Below are positions 1 through 10,599 of a stretch of DNA of 64,000 nucleotides, in pieces. The position numbers and the translations under genes are program-made. The stretch comes from Myxococcota bacterium (GTDB lineage Bacteria; Myxococcota_A; SURF-8): positions 3,264,001 through 3,328,000 of the forward strand of contig OZ223209.1 of NCBI GenBank assembly GCA_965140415.1, read 5' to 3'. The notes beneath the pieces were generated by a model. It was not told where the DNA came from and did no database searches. It saw only the letters and a program-made list of their open reading frames with translations. How positions within the stretch are numbered: the first letter of the stretch is position 1; the number at the start of each line of letters is the position of its first letter.

Positions 1-162
1 CTCATAGGCCCGAAACAAGCCCTCATCGCCATCCTTGCGAATCAACAACTCAGTGGCCACATCACCAAACAACCCCAACATCCGGGCGCCATCAACCAGA
101 TTGCCACCGTAATGCGCGTCATGAGCACTCATCCGCAAACGAAGAACTACACGCTCACCCAT
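1..162 (-). CDS. kal: 3-aminobutyryl-CoA ammonia lyase (hotdog fold, lysine fermentation); 5' part only, runs off the window
   Basis: Not in the ORF track. Manual translation from ATG at 162 gives [54 protein letters not shown], the characteristic Kal N-terminus. AGGAG RBS upstream. Confidence 0.9.
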   Translation of the reverse strand, partial: MGERVVLRLRMSAHDAHYGGNLVDGARMLGLFGDVATELLIRKDGDEGLFRAYE

Positions 163-236
163 TTTCAACTCCTACACATGATGAACAAGCATAAACGTCA
201 GGCAACAATCTTACTTATCAGAAAATGGCGATTTGT

Positions 237-1259
237 CTAGTCGTCGAACGGATTATCGCGATTATTATCAAGAAACTGCATCAGTTCGGCGATGTTCTTT
301 CTACTACCAATATATAGAGGCGAGCGGGAATGCAAGCCGTTCGGAGTCAGTTCGAGAATGCGCTGCTCGCCGTTCGTTGCTGCCCCTCCGGCCTGTTCCA
401 TGATAAATGCCAGCGGATTGGCTTCATACAACAAGCGGAGTTTGCCCTCCGGCTTCTTTTTCTCCTGGGGATACAGGAAGATCCCGCCATAAAGCAGCGT
501 CCGATGAAAATCGGCCACGAGCGAACCGATGTAACGCAGCGTATAAACCTCGCCCGTTTCCTCGTCCGGCTCTTTCAAACTCGCGATGTACTGCTTCACA
601 CCTTTGGGCCAACGAGCGGAATAAGCTTCGTTCACGCTGTACACTTTTCCCTTTTCCGGGGTCTTCATATAGGGGTGCGAAAGGAGAAACTCTCCAAAAG
701 AGGGGTCCATGGTGAAACCGTGCACGCCATCCCCGGAGGAGTAAACCATCAACGTGGAAGAACCATACAGGATATATCCGGATGCAACCTGCTTGTATCC
801 AGGTTGCGAAAGATCCTCGTCCCGTCCCTGATCGCCTGGCCTCGGATGACGCAGAATCGAGAAAATCGTTCCGATCGACACATTGGCGTCGATGTTGGAA
901 GATCCATCGAGAGGATCGAAGTTCACCATGTATTCGCCGATAGTCTCTTTGGTTACCGGCACCGAGGCTTCCAGTTCTTCGGACGCCATCGCAGCCAGCA
1001 AACCGGTGCCATTCAACACGTTGATCATTACCCGATTGGCGTATTCATCCAGTTTCTGGACTTCTTCGCCCTGAATGTTGGTATCGCCAGTCATACCCAG
1101 AATATCCGCCAAACCGGCTTTACGCACTTCTGCGGAAATGACCTTCGCCGCAAAAGCAATGTCCATCAACAGCTTGGACAAATGTCCGCGTGCTTCGGGA
1201 TAGCGCTTCTGCGTTTCCATAATATGCCGGTCTATGGTGATATACGCCTGCTTCATCAT
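237..1259 (-). CDS. fbp: Fructose-1,6-bisphosphatase class 1
   Basis: Motifs GEEVQKLDE, FDPLDGSSNID, RYIGSLVAD, GKLRLLYEANP. Start placed at the ATG after a GGAGG RBS. Confidence 0.95.
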   Translation of the reverse strand: MMKQAYITIDRHIMETQKRYPEARGHLSKLLMDIAFAAKVISAEVRKAGLADILGMTGDTNIQGEEVQKLDEYANRVMINVLNGTGLLAAMASEELEASVPVTKETIGEYMVNFDPLDGSSNIDANVSIGTIFSILRHPRPGDQGRDEDLSQPGYKQVASGYILYGSSTLMVYSSGDGVHGFTMDPSFGEFLLSHPYMKTPEKGKVYSVNEAYSARWPKGVKQYIASLKEPDEETGEVYTLRYIGSLVADFHRTLLYGGIFLYPQEKKKPEGKLRLLYEANPLAFIMEQAGGAATNGEQRILELTPNGLHSRSPLYIGSRKNIAELMQFLDNNRDNPFDD

Positions 1260-1452
1260 TGAGTCTTCCTCCAAAAGAATTCCAGGCCACACATGCTAAG
1301 GAATGCCTATACCTTAACAGAAGTTTCACTCTCAAAGCAAAAAAAATCCATGCATGGCTGAATGATTGCTTTCACCAAGCAAGACAATCGCCATCCAAAG
1401 AAAATTCCCGTATCCGTTTAAGATTTCGGTTTTATTCCGTTTCGACCGCAGA

Positions 1453-4400
1453 TCAGTCCAGCCAGCCGTAAATCTGGTAGCTTCCCTGCCCCGTAACAGC
1501 CTGAACCAACAGATAGTAGCGATCCTGTGTGACTTCCCATTCAATCGACTGCATCGACTGATCTTCCATCGAGGCGACATCGTAGGTTTCCGACGTGGCA
1601 ACTTCGTCTTTTCTCAAAAAGAGGTGGAAGACGCTTTGTTGCTGGCTATCCAGAATCACGGAAAAATAGCCGCTACTCTGGAAATCGATGTAGTAAAGTT
1701 CCTGCTGAAGTTCATTCAACCTGCCTTCCACAACTTCATCCAGCGGCAAACGTATCGCCGTCTCTGTTCCGGCAAGGGAGACTGTCAGGGAAAATTCACC
1801 GGCTCCGCTATACTTGTGAACCATGATGTAATACACACCGGCCTGGGCCTGTTCGATCACGACCGTTTCATCGGCGGAGGAAGAATAGCCCCGTCCATCG
1901 TAATCTTCCGTCGTCGGCATCTCGCCAAGTCGTACATACAGATCGAAATCCGCTCCCTGTTCCGGTCCATCCAGCGAAACGGACAGATCCGCATTCGCAT
2001 CCAGCACGAACTGGTAGATCACGCTTTCTACCGCATCCGACAACGCCCCTTCCGCAGGGTCATCCGCTAGCAGCGTTTCGATTTCGGATTCACTTTCGAT
2101 TTCGATTTCAAAGCTCTTTTTATCACCGTTCATGAAGGTTTCCGCACTTCCTTCATCGGGCAGGAAAACGACCTCTACCGCATACTGCAATTCATGGATG
2201 CCGCCGCCCAGAAAGTCCAAACTGGAATAGTCAATCGCAATGCGATCCGGGTTGTCTCCATCGAAGTTGACTGCATCTTCTGCAACATCATGGTAGCTCG
2301 TGCCAATCACCGCGCCATCGTCGCCGCTCAACGGATTTCCGGAAGCATCGAATAGCCGTATTGTGGTTTGCAATTGACCACTGACCGTCCCCGGCGTGAC
2401 GCTGTAATACAGATCCCAGCGCAACGTTTTTCCGGTATCGCTTTCCGCTTCTTTATTGAAAGCGTGACCTTTGTCTTCAAACAGTGGCGACTGCGTCTCG
2501 CCTGCCGGTTGATAGGTGGTAAACACGCTCACCGATGGATCGCCGTAGAGGTTGAAGGACAGCATATTCATAAGTGTGCCATCCCCCCAGGAGAAGTAAC
2601 AGGGCTTACTGCGAACCATGGCCAAGGCACGACCGGCGCTGAAGTTTTTGGCCAGATAACTTGTGTAGTAATAGCCGAAGCTGACGTTATCCATGCGGCT
2701 GGAGTTCGGGCTGGACCAGGACGGCGAATAAAGCGTCACGCTTGTCGCTCCCATGGTGGTGACCGCCCCGCCTTTGTAAAGCAGGCTGTGGCCCAGGTTT
2801 CCGCTGCTGTCCGGTCGATGATTCAGGCAACTGACCTGGACTGTATGAGTCGGATGCTCGCTGTCGAAGCAGGAGGAAGACATGCTGCTATAGGCGAAGT
2901 CTTCCCAGTCCTTCTCGTTCATGTCGGCAATGCCATCGTTATCGGTATCTTCCAGCCAGGTTTTCCCGGCTGCGGAAGAACTGTTACCATGCGCCCACCA
3001 GGACGTAATGCCGTAACCTTTGGACCACTCATCGCACACGTTTTGGGTGCTGAAGGTACGATCCGGATCGTATTTAGACGGTTCCGCCCCACGGTTGTCA
3101 TACAGAGAGAATGGTTGCAGCTTATTGGAGGCATTCAAAAAATCACTCTTCATGCGCTCGGCGTATTTCGCGCCATCCACCGTAAAACCTCGATTGACTT
3201 CTTCTTCGCCGCCATTATCACCGTGGTCCATTTCATGGGAAAAGTCGCTGATCGGATTCGGCAATAACACCTTGCTCCGCCACTCGATATCCTGTTGTAA
3301 CTCATAATCCATCGTAAAACGCAGGATATCGTCGAGCCGATCCGTATTGTTGTTGTACACAGGAATGCGACCGACATACAGTTCCGGCGTCAGATCGACG
3401 CCGCCGTAGCCGGTATCGCCATTATTGGAGCCGTATTCACACCAGATCCCGTCACCATCCTTGTCCCAGTTGCCATTGAGATCGGCATAGTAGGCATCCG
3501 TGGCGGTCTTTTCCCAATTGTCCTTTTTCTCTTCCTTATTGTAGCGAGGCCAGCAGACGCGCATCGGCGCGCCGTTGTCGCTGCCATTGGGATCGGACAG
3601 AATCAGCAGGTATTGAATGCCTCGGCGGGCATATTCCTGCTTGAGCCAGTTTCTGGCTTTCTCTGCATTGTCCACGCCTTCCATCACACCGAAGTCATCT
3701 TCCGTGATCAACAGCACCGAGTAACCAATCGACGCTTTGTGCGCCATGAAGTCTTCTAAAACCTCACTTTTCGAAACAATAGCGTTGGTCGTCAGGATGG
3801 CATAATCGGTCTTGGCCACCATTTCCTCCTCATCCGGCGGCGGAGCAAGATAACGATTGCCCATGGTCCCGATATTGGAAAAGAGTGTTTGGGCCTGTCG
3901 ATCAAAGCTGCGATCCTGTAGCAACGTCACCTGCCGACGTCGCTCGATACTGCTTTTTTGCACGGCCACCGGCGTACTCAGATGAACGCGCAATAACGAC
4001 GTACGCAACAATTTCCCGCTTACGGGATTGTAGGAAAATGGGAAGAAGGTCGCACGTACGAACTTCCATTTGCGCATCTGCGCCGCTTCGGAAAGAAGCA
4101 AGGGAGAAGCCGGCCAGTTTTCATCCGTGTTGTAGATCTGGGTGTTTTTACCATCTACGATGTAGGGGCGCTGGGCCAGGTAGTCTTGAAACGTTGCATT
4201 CTCAAGATCGGGACGGAAATTGGCGGGACCGGCGGGAGCCAAATCGTAGGAGCCGATCACATTCACGGTTTCCTCGGAAAGCACTTCCATCGAAATCTGG
4301 CTGGTATCCGCATCCGGAGGCAGCAGTACATTGAACGAAATCGAGGGCAGATCCGGGTTTCCCGGCTCGGAAAGATTACCAAAGCCCTTTACGATGATTT

Positions 4401-4833
4401 CATCCAGCCCCTGCTCGTTCTCATTAAAGGCCAGTCGCAGGCCTTCCGTGTCGATGATGAAAGTTTGAGCGTCGGTGAAACGGATGAAGTTCTCCGGCTG
4501 GCAGACCTTGTCGGAGGCATCGGAAAATGGCAGGCAAACCTCACCGGAAAGGCAATCACTGTCTTTCGTGCAGAAATACTCACGCAGCATTTCCTCACTC
4601 TGAGCGGCTTGAGTGGGAGTCTCTTCGTCTCCCGAGAGTTCGCTGTCAATGTCACCATCGGGAAGGATGTCGCTTCCATCCCCATCGGTTTCAACGTCTC
4701 CAGCCTGTTCCTCATCGCCATCCACTAACGGGTCATCGTTGTTGTCATCGTCAGAGCAGCCGATCAGAATGGTGCAAGAAAGAAGAAAGAGAATCAGCAA
4801 GTGTATTCCGTTGGATAAACGCCCGTGCATCAT
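1453..4833 (-). CDS. Lipoprotein C25-family (gingipain-like) cysteine peptidase with propeptide and C-terminal PPC domains
   Basis: Lipobox TILIG|C, DGD linker, propeptide-like GNPDLP and FPFSYNPVSGKL, TDAYYADL, PELYVGRIP, catalytic-like WWAHG and VSC, FNLYGDP. PPC-like DFDLYVR and YYIMV motifs. Confidence 0.85.
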   Translation of the reverse strand: MMHGRLSNGIHLLILFLLSCTILIGCSDDDNNDDPLVDGDEEQAGDVETDGDGSDILPDGDIDSELSGDEETPTQAAQSEEMLREYFCTKDSDCLSGEVCLPFSDASDKVCQPENFIRFTDAQTFIIDTEGLRLAFNENEQGLDEIIVKGFGNLSEPGNPDLPSISFNVLLPPDADTSQISMEVLSEETVNVIGSYDLAPAGPANFRPDLENATFQDYLAQRPYIVDGKNTQIYNTDENWPASPLLLSEAAQMRKWKFVRATFFPFSYNPVSGKLLRTSLLRVHLSTPVAVQKSSIERRRQVTLLQDRSFDRQAQTLFSNIGTMGNRYLAPPPDEEEMVAKTDYAILTTNAIVSKSEVLEDFMAHKASIGYSVLLITEDDFGVMEGVDNAEKARNWLKQEYARRGIQYLLILSDPNGSDNGAPMRVCWPRYNKEEKKDNWEKTATDAYYADLNGNWDKDGDGIWCEYGSNNGDTGYGGVDLTPELYVGRIPVYNNNTDRLDDILRFTMDYELQQDIEWRSKVLLPNPISDFSHEMDHGDNGGEEEVNRGFTVDGAKYAERMKSDFLNASNKLQPFSLYDNRGAEPSKYDPDRTFSTQNVCDEWSKGYGITSWWAHGNSSSAAGKTWLEDTDNDGIADMNEKDWEDFAYSSMSSSCFDSEHPTHTVQVSCLNHRPDSSGNLGHSLLYKGGAVTTMGATSVTLYSPSWSSPNSSRMDNVSFGYYYTSYLAKNFSAGRALAMVRSKPCYFSWGDGTLMNMLSFNLYGDPSVSVFTTYQPAGETQSPLFEDKGHAFNKEAESDTGKTLRWDLYYSVTPGTVSGQLQTTIRLFDASGNPLSGDDGAVIGTSYHDVAEDAVNFDGDNPDRIAIDYSSLDFLGGGIHELQYAVEVVFLPDEGSAETFMNGDKKSFEIEIESESEIETLLADDPAEGALSDAVESVIYQFVLDANADLSVSLDGPEQGADFDLYVRLGEMPTTEDYDGRGYSSSADETVVIEQAQAGVYYIMVHKYSGAGEFSLTVSLAGTETAIRLPLDEVVEGRLNELQQELYYIDFQSSGYFSVILDSQQQSVFHLFLRKDEVATSETYDVASMEDQSMQSIEWEVTQDRYYLLVQAVTGQGSYQIYGWLD

Positions 4834-4978
4834 GGAGATTTCCTTCCTGGTGTTTGGTGACAGTAGTGGCCTGTACTGCTTGGCGTGGTTTTGCAATATA
4901 TGTTTTTGGTTGACTTGTCAAGCCCAGGATTGAATCAGGTATTCTTCTTGGTTCTAATGGAAAATGTGGGAAGCTTTC

Positions 4979-5183
4979 TTTTCCCTTCCCCGACGGAGCC
5001 GCCTCGCATCATGAGGTTTGAGTAACCGGGGTGTTACGGGCGGCGGTCAAGGCCGGAGCGAGAGCGACGTTCATATAGCCTTGACGGTCGCCCGCGCCAC
5101 GGTACAAGCCGAACGTGACGCAATGCGAGCGAACGAAGGCGAAGGGAAAAACCCTTCCTTGATGGTGGGTCTTGTGGATTTCT
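4979..5183 (-). repeat. ~205-bp nested-palindrome dispersed repeat, copy A
   Basis: Its reverse complement aligns with 27930-28135 and 40256-40460 (agaaatccacaagRcccaccatcaaggaaggg ... gtcaaggctatatgaacgtcgc ... gccttgac ... catgatgcgaggcggctccgtcggggaagggaaaa). Confidence 0.92.
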
Positions 5184-5217
5184 GCTTTGCTTTCCGCTTT
5201 TGGGACTCGACCCCAAT

Positions 5218-7869
5218 TCAAATCTGGTCAGGATCTCTCGTCAGGTAGGATCGGATGTTGCGCGCTATCGATTCGACGGCTTGCTTGTTGTTGTGTTCGT
5301 GCGCCAACTCCAAATAAAGCTTACGCTTTTTCATCATCTTTTCCGCTTTTTTGCGGTTGACCAACAACTTGCGCTGCACTTTCACCACAACCGTATCGTC
5401 ATATTGCACATCGGAAATCAGCACACCGCGATGCTGGAAATATTTCAATGCATTCTGGAAATTGTTTTTCGAATAGGCCTCTCCGCGTTCCAGCGCACCG
5501 ATAAGCACCATCTTCTTGCCCTCATCCAGTACGATTTTCAAAAACTTCTTTTCGGAAAGCCGCTTTTCGACCAGATAGTGCAATGAAGACGCCACCACCC
5601 AATAACTTTCCAGGAAGTTCGAAATCAGTCTCCCGAACAGGTGCAGGTTTTTATCCGTCTTTTCCGTTTTGACGAATTCATCCTCTTCAATTGCCAGAAT
5701 TCCGTGACTTGTCAGCAACTCACAGGCATGTTCGAACTGGAGATTGAAGGATTCTTTGGGAGAATGGATGATTTCGAAATCGAAGATCTCATCCAATCCT
5801 TTCGCACGCCGTTTGACTTCTTCAACGGAAACCCGTTCCTTACCCAAGGAACTGAAAGCCAGGGCCACAATCGATGTCGGCACGAAGTAATGGAGAATGT
5901 GATTCTTGTAATAATCGAGCCGCAGGCGATGATTTTCATTGAGCACGTACACGGTTTCATCCGCGACCAGATGCGTCTCGATACTTCCTTCCGTTCTCAA
6001 TAAATCCAGCGTTTCGTGCATGGTCCAGTCCGCATGTTCCAGAGATGGCGCTAAAATCGCCCCGAATTCCTTCAGGTAATGCAGAATAAACTCGACCACC
6101 CGCTGAAGATGCTTTTCTTCCACCCCTTTTCGACCGGCGGTCAAAAGAGCCAGCCCGACCACGGCGGAAGGCGTCACCGTCATCGATTCATTGATACGAT
6201 GCACCAGTTCATAACCCAGCATCTGAATGAGACTGCGCCGCTGCTTGTCGCTAATTTGCTCCGGCGTATGTCCTCGTTCCTGAACGTAATCATGCAATGA
6301 AATCGGCTTGCCGACCTGTAGATAAACGGCACCGTAATTCAACCGGAACACATCGAATACCTTCAATAAACCGGAGGTGGATTCCTTTTTCTTTTCGCCA
6401 CCGGCGCTTTCCTTGCCATGGGATTGTTCTTCAATCAGCTTGTTGTAGTTGATGGAAATCGGAATGAAGGTGATGTCGCGGCGCGGATTTCTCAGATAGG
6501 CGTCGACATAAATCGATAAAATCCCGAACTTCGGATGCAGCATCTTTCCGGAACGCGAGCGAGTACCCTCGATGAAAAACTCCTGAGAGTAACCCTCCCA
6601 CAGCATTCGAATCAGGTACTGCCGCAGGATCACGGAATACAGGCGATTGTCTTTGAATGAGCGACGAATGAAAATCGCACCCATGCGCCGGAACAGAAAT
6701 CCCATTGGCCAGAACGCCATATTTTCCCCGGCGATAATATGCGGAGCAACAATGCCGTTTTCGTACATCAACCAACTCCACAACAGGAAATCCATGTAGG
6801 ACTTGTGGCTAGGGACATAAACCACGGCATTTTGCTTGAGTTGCTCGCGAACAAGTTCCAATCCCTTGGGATCGAGTTTGATTTTGCTGAACATTCGCCC
6901 GGTAGAAACGCGCATCAAATAGCTGGCCATAATGATGAATGTAAAGCGATAGTCCGCTGCCAGAAATTCCAGTTCCTTGGCCGCTCGGGCCTGGATTTTC
7001 CGAACGGGAACATCCTCTTCCGCAGCGATCTGCGAGATGACGTCCTGAACGGCGTCGCTATTGATGACGGATTCCAGAATCCAGGTGCGAGGCTTGGTCA
7101 TCGGACCGGTAACCGCTTCCCGCTCTTCCGTGAAGAAGTGGAACAGTCGCCACCTGATTTCCTGGATGGGATTTTTGCCGTGCTGCTCGAATACGTCTGA
7201 AGTCCAGTCGTCCAGGCGCAAGGGCTGACCGCTGCGCACGAAAGCAGACTTGTAATGTCGTAGGAAAATGATGATTTTCCGCAGGCGTCCAGGCTTCAGC
7301 GAATTGCCGAAAAAGATATCCCAGATCGACCGAATCATGCTGACCGGCCGCTTGGACCAGATGGTGATTTGCGGCATCAGGAAAATCGGCGTGTCGCATT
7401 CCTTTTGCAAATCCAGCAGGCGGCGCAGTTCATCGATTTTGCGCTGAGAGCGCAGCGACAAAAAACTCCCCTTGTTTTGCAGGAAAATCACATACTGCTC
7501 ACCAGGCAACACCGATTTATGCACGCGACGTTTGAAGGCCTTGTTCTTTCGGGAAAACCAGCCGACCATTCGAGTAAACAAACCCATAAGCCAGTTTTCA
7601 TTTGGATAAAGAACCGGCGGCAGGCCATTCTTGATCAGAAAATGGGTGAAAATCAGATATTCCAGATAGCTGGAGAACTGAAATACGTGAATGACGGCGC
7701 CTTGTGAAAGATGCTTTTTGATAGCGGCTACGTTCTTTTTGAAGAACTTGACCTTATCGAACATGCCTCCCAATAACCAGAGCCAGAAGCGCGTCATCAA
7801 AGGCAGGACTCCGGCCAATGATTCACGTTTCAATTCCGTTTCGCTGATTTCACTCTGATGCTCCATCAC
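5218..7869 (-). CDS. plsB: Glycerol-3-phosphate acyltransferase (PlsB-like)
   Basis: HX4D motif PSHKSYMD, GAIFIRR, FFIEGTRSRSGK, IPISINY, LDYYKN. Confidence 0.85.
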   Translation of the reverse strand: MMEHQSEISETELKRESLAGVLPLMTRFWLWLLGGMFDKVKFFKKNVAAIKKHLSQGAVIHVFQFSSYLEYLIFTHFLIKNGLPPVLYPNENWLMGLFTRMVGWFSRKNKAFKRRVHKSVLPGEQYVIFLQNKGSFLSLRSQRKIDELRRLLDLQKECDTPIFLMPQITIWSKRPVSMIRSIWDIFFGNSLKPGRLRKIIIFLRHYKSAFVRSGQPLRLDDWTSDVFEQHGKNPIQEIRWRLFHFFTEEREAVTGPMTKPRTWILESVINSDAVQDVISQIAAEEDVPVRKIQARAAKELEFLAADYRFTFIIMASYLMRVSTGRMFSKIKLDPKGLELVREQLKQNAVVYVPSHKSYMDFLLWSWLMYENGIVAPHIIAGENMAFWPMGFLFRRMGAIFIRRSFKDNRLYSVILRQYLIRMLWEGYSQEFFIEGTRSRSGKMLHPKFGILSIYVDAYLRNPRRDITFIPISINYNKLIEEQSHGKESAGGEKKKESTSGLLKVFDVFRLNYGAVYLQVGKPISLHDYVQERGHTPEQISDKQRRSLIQMLGYELVHRINESMTVTPSAVVGLALLTAGRKGVEEKHLQRVVEFILHYLKEFGAILAPSLEHADWTMHETLDLLRTEGSIETHLVADETVYVLNENHRLRLDYYKNHILHYFVPTSIVALAFSSLGKERVSVEEVKRRAKGLDEIFDFEIIHSPKESFNLQFEHACELLTSHGILAIEEDEFVKTEKTDKNLHLFGRLISNFLESYWVVASSLHYLVEKRLSEKKFLKIVLDEGKKMVLIGALERGEAYSKNNFQNALKYFQHRGVLISDVQYDDTVVVKVQRKLLVNRKKAEKMMKKRKLYLELAHEHNNKQAVESIARNIRSYLTRDPDQI

Positions 7870-7961
7870 GCCACCCTTCCGACGAATTGCCTGAACGACA
7901 GATCCAAGTTTACAAACTTGCAGACGGGATTACAACTTACTATAACACGGTTCGTCGTTAT

Positions 7962-9080
7962 TTATTCCGGCCTTTCCGGTTTGCCACTCCACAAACGATC
8001 GGGAAGACTTTCGATATGCAGGCTTTGTGTCGGGAAAGCGAACGACAATCCCATGCTTTCGAACTTGCGCATGATGGCAAGAAGGAACTGCTGTTTAACT
8101 TCAAGATATTCCGCCCAATTGGTCGTTTTGGTAAAGCAATAGATGAAGATTTCCAAACTGGAATTTCCGAGTGCATCGAAATTGACCAGGTAGTAATCCT
8201 GTAGAATATTCTCGTCCTGCCGGATGATTTCCCGCACGGCTTCGACAGCCGCCTGCATGTGATCCGCCTTGGTGTCGTAGGTGACACCAATCGTCATCTT
8301 GATGCGCCGTTTCTGCATCCGTGACCAGTTATTGATCGAAGAGGTCGTCAAAGACGCATTCGGCAACGTGATCAGGCTGTTGGCAAAGGTACGAATGCGC
8401 GTCGTGCGTAATCCGACTTCCTCCACCGTTCCTTCCACTCCACCGACATCGATCCAGTCGCCGATTTGAAAGGGGCGATCGAAAAAGATCACCGCCGCCC
8501 CGAAGAAGTTGGACAAGGTATCTTTGGAAGCCAACGCCAGCGCCGCACCACCCAGGCCGAGTCCGGCGATTAAGCTGGTAACGGAGTAACCCATGTTGGC
8601 AAGAAAGAGGCTTACACCAAGTAAGATCAGGAATACTTTGAAGGTTCGCTGTAAGATTGGAACCGCCTGATCGTCCAAGCGGGTTTCCGTTTGCGCCGCC
8701 CGCTCTTTCCAATGTTCGAAAAGTCCATCCGACAATCGAATGGCAAACCAGATCACCAAAAGAATGCTAAGTCCCTTCCCTAAAGAAAGCGCCAGGTTAT
8801 CCAGGTCGATGGGGTCCGTCGGCAGCGGCAGGATTTGACTGGCAATGAATATTCCGGCAAAAGCCGCTCCCCATCCCAAAGGTTTGGATAGTGCAGCCAG
8901 CAGAATATTGTCGTAGGCCATCTCCGTCTTTTCGGAAGCAGCGGCCAAACGCGCCAGGATAAACTCGAAAATCCTTTTAGCAAGAAAGCCTAGTAGTACG
9001 GCAAGAAATGCAAACAGCAGTTGACGAACGGACACTCCGAAAACAAATGTCTGCATGACGTCATGTAAAGAATCCCACAT
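7962..9080 (-). CDS. MscS-family mechanosensitive ion channel
   Basis: N-terminal TM helices, GLGLGGAALALA, DRPFQIGDWI, GTVEEVGLRTTRIRT, TLPN. Start at the ATG after GGAGGAG. Confidence 0.92.
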   Translation of the reverse strand: MWDSLHDVMQTFVFGVSVRQLLFAFLAVLLGFLAKRIFEFILARLAAASEKTEMAYDNILLAALSKPLGWGAAFAGIFIASQILPLPTDPIDLDNLALSLGKGLSILLVIWFAIRLSDGLFEHWKERAAQTETRLDDQAVPILQRTFKVFLILLGVSLFLANMGYSVTSLIAGLGLGGAALALASKDTLSNFFGAAVIFFDRPFQIGDWIDVGGVEGTVEEVGLRTTRIRTFANSLITLPNASLTTSSINNWSRMQKRRIKMTIGVTYDTKADHMQAAVEAVREIIRQDENILQDYYLVNFDALGNSSLEIFIYCFTKTTNWAEYLEVKQQFLLAIMRKFESMGLSFAFPTQSLHIESLPDRLWSGKPERPE

Positions 9081-9366
9081 CTCTCCTCCCACAATGCAAT
9101 CGTTGAAATCCTTCGTCGTTCACCGATCCTACCTGCGGTACAGGAGACTGTCAACGAAACGGAAAGGATTCCAACTGGAAGCTACAAGTTAGACATGCTT
9201 GTCTAATCCCCCTGGATCATAGACAAAAAAGTTGACTTGACGTATTGATTTTGCTAAGAATATCGGGCAAACATGAGCAGGCCGAAGTGTTTTGACTTCT
9301 GCTTCAATCGCTAGGCCGACCTTCTTTTCGAGCTAAACCGGTAATTGGGAAAACATAACGTTCACG

Positions 9367-10332
9367 ATGAAACTACGGACCTTTTTCAGAAAATCCGATA
9401 GTAGTTACAACGTCATGGTCGTGCCGAGCGATTCGGCTCGAATGAAAAGTTTCCGTATCAAGCATAACACCGTTCATGCTTTGATCACGATTACGGCGGT
9501 CTTTTTCCTGGTACTCGCGGGTGTGCTGACCTACCTGATTCTGCGGCCTGGCGATATTCAAAAAGAGATGACGCTGCTTCGGGAGAACATCGAACTGAAA
9601 AACAATCTGGTCGATGTCCATACGAAACTGGCGTTATTGGAGAATACGGTTGACCGACTGGAACGCTTCGACCGCCAACTGCGCGCCATGACCAATTTCG
9701 CCGATCATCGCCGGAAAGTGGCCATCGGACCTTTGAGCGAAGAAGAGATGCTGGCCTCCTCCACCAATCCCAATCGCCGAATCAACGAAGCCCTTGCTCT
9801 GAAACTGACGGAAAATCTCGGCAAGTTGAAGAGCGCCGATTTGGGGAGCGAAGTGGATCGCCTGCTGGCCTTATCCGTGGAACGAGAGAAAGAGTTGGCG
9901 GAATTGACCAACTTCCTTGAAGATCAGCGCATGCTGCTTTCGCACATTCCGTCGATCTGGCCTTCCGACGGCTGGGTCACCAGCGGCTTCGGCTATCGAA
10001 ACAGCCCCTTCACCAATTCCAAGAAGTTCCATGAAGGTTTGGATATCGCCAACAATATCGGAACGCCGATTCATTCGCCCGCAGATGGAACGGTGATTTA
10101 TACCGGTCGTCGCGATGGCTATGGTTTGACGTTGGTGATCAATCACGGTTTCGGACTGACGACCCGCTACGGGCATTGCTCGCGTTTCGAGGTTAAAGTG
10201 GGTGACAAAGTCAAACGCGGCGATAAAGTGGCAGAAGTCGGCAACACCGGTCGATCCACCGGACCGCATCTGCACTACGAAGTCCGTTTCAACAACATTC
10301 CTCAAAACCCGCGACGCTACATCCTGGAATAA
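9367..10332 (+). CDS. M23-family metallopeptidase (peptidoglycan endopeptidase) with TM and coiled coil
   Basis: HEGLD, YGH and STGPHLHYEV motifs. Confidence 0.92.
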   Translation: MKLRTFFRKSDSSYNVMVVPSDSARMKSFRIKHNTVHALITITAVFFLVLAGVLTYLILRPGDIQKEMTLLRENIELKNNLVDVHTKLALLENTVDRLERFDRQLRAMTNFADHRRKVAIGPLSEEEMLASSTNPNRRINEALALKLTENLGKLKSADLGSEVDRLLALSVEREKELAELTNFLEDQRMLLSHIPSIWPSDGWVTSGFGYRNSPFTNSKKFHEGLDIANNIGTPIHSPADGTVIYTGRRDGYGLTLVINHGFGLTTRYGHCSRFEVKVGDKVKRGDKVAEVGNTGRSTGPHLHYEVRFNNIPQNPRRYILE

Positions 10333-10459
10333 GCACCACGTCTTTTTCTAGATCTGTCCTTTTCGAGCCACTCCGACTTGTAGCTTTTTTGCGACCGATT
10401 TAGAGGTCTGTCTAAACGTTCACCTGACAAGTGGCATTGGCGAAGCGAAGAAAAACGAC

Positions 10460-10559
10460 GCTTGCCCATGTGGATCTCTAACACGGGCAAGCCTGTGGCT
10501 TAGCCCGCGCCACCCATCCGTCGTTTGAAAGAATTTTCCGGCTTACGCTCCGTCGCTAC
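10460..10559. repeat. REP-like composite repeat (family 2, copy 1)
   Basis: Shares gcttgcccatgt..aacacgggcaa.cctg.gg.ttagcccgcgccaccc and cggctta.gc..cg.cg.tac with 21345-21500. Confidence 0.75.
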
Positions 10560-10587
10560 TGGATTGCCTGCCTTCGCAGGCAATGAC
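10559..10587 (-). repeat. Short palindrome GTCATTGCCTGCGAAGGCAGGCAATCCAG
   Basis: Hairpin attgcctgc/gcaggcaat. It resembles the widespread GTCATTCCCGCGNAGGCGGGAATCCAG-type repeats and lies between convergent genes. Confidence 0.6.
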
Positions 10588-10599
10588 CATTCATCTATT

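Noticed and set aside
330-1262. 310-aa ORF antisense to fbp, and similar shadow ORFs at 2368-3267, 28978-29895 and 62057-62851
   Set aside because: They fully overlap confidently identified genes on the opposite strand and have no recognisable motifs.
4881-4896. TGGCGT...TTGCA sigma-54-like site
   Set aside because: GG-GC spacing is one base short and it is on the wrong strand for the adjacent gene.
5009-5248. Short ORFs over the 205-bp repeat (also 27777-28043)
   Set aside because: The frames are not conserved between copies because of indels, so the element appears non-coding.
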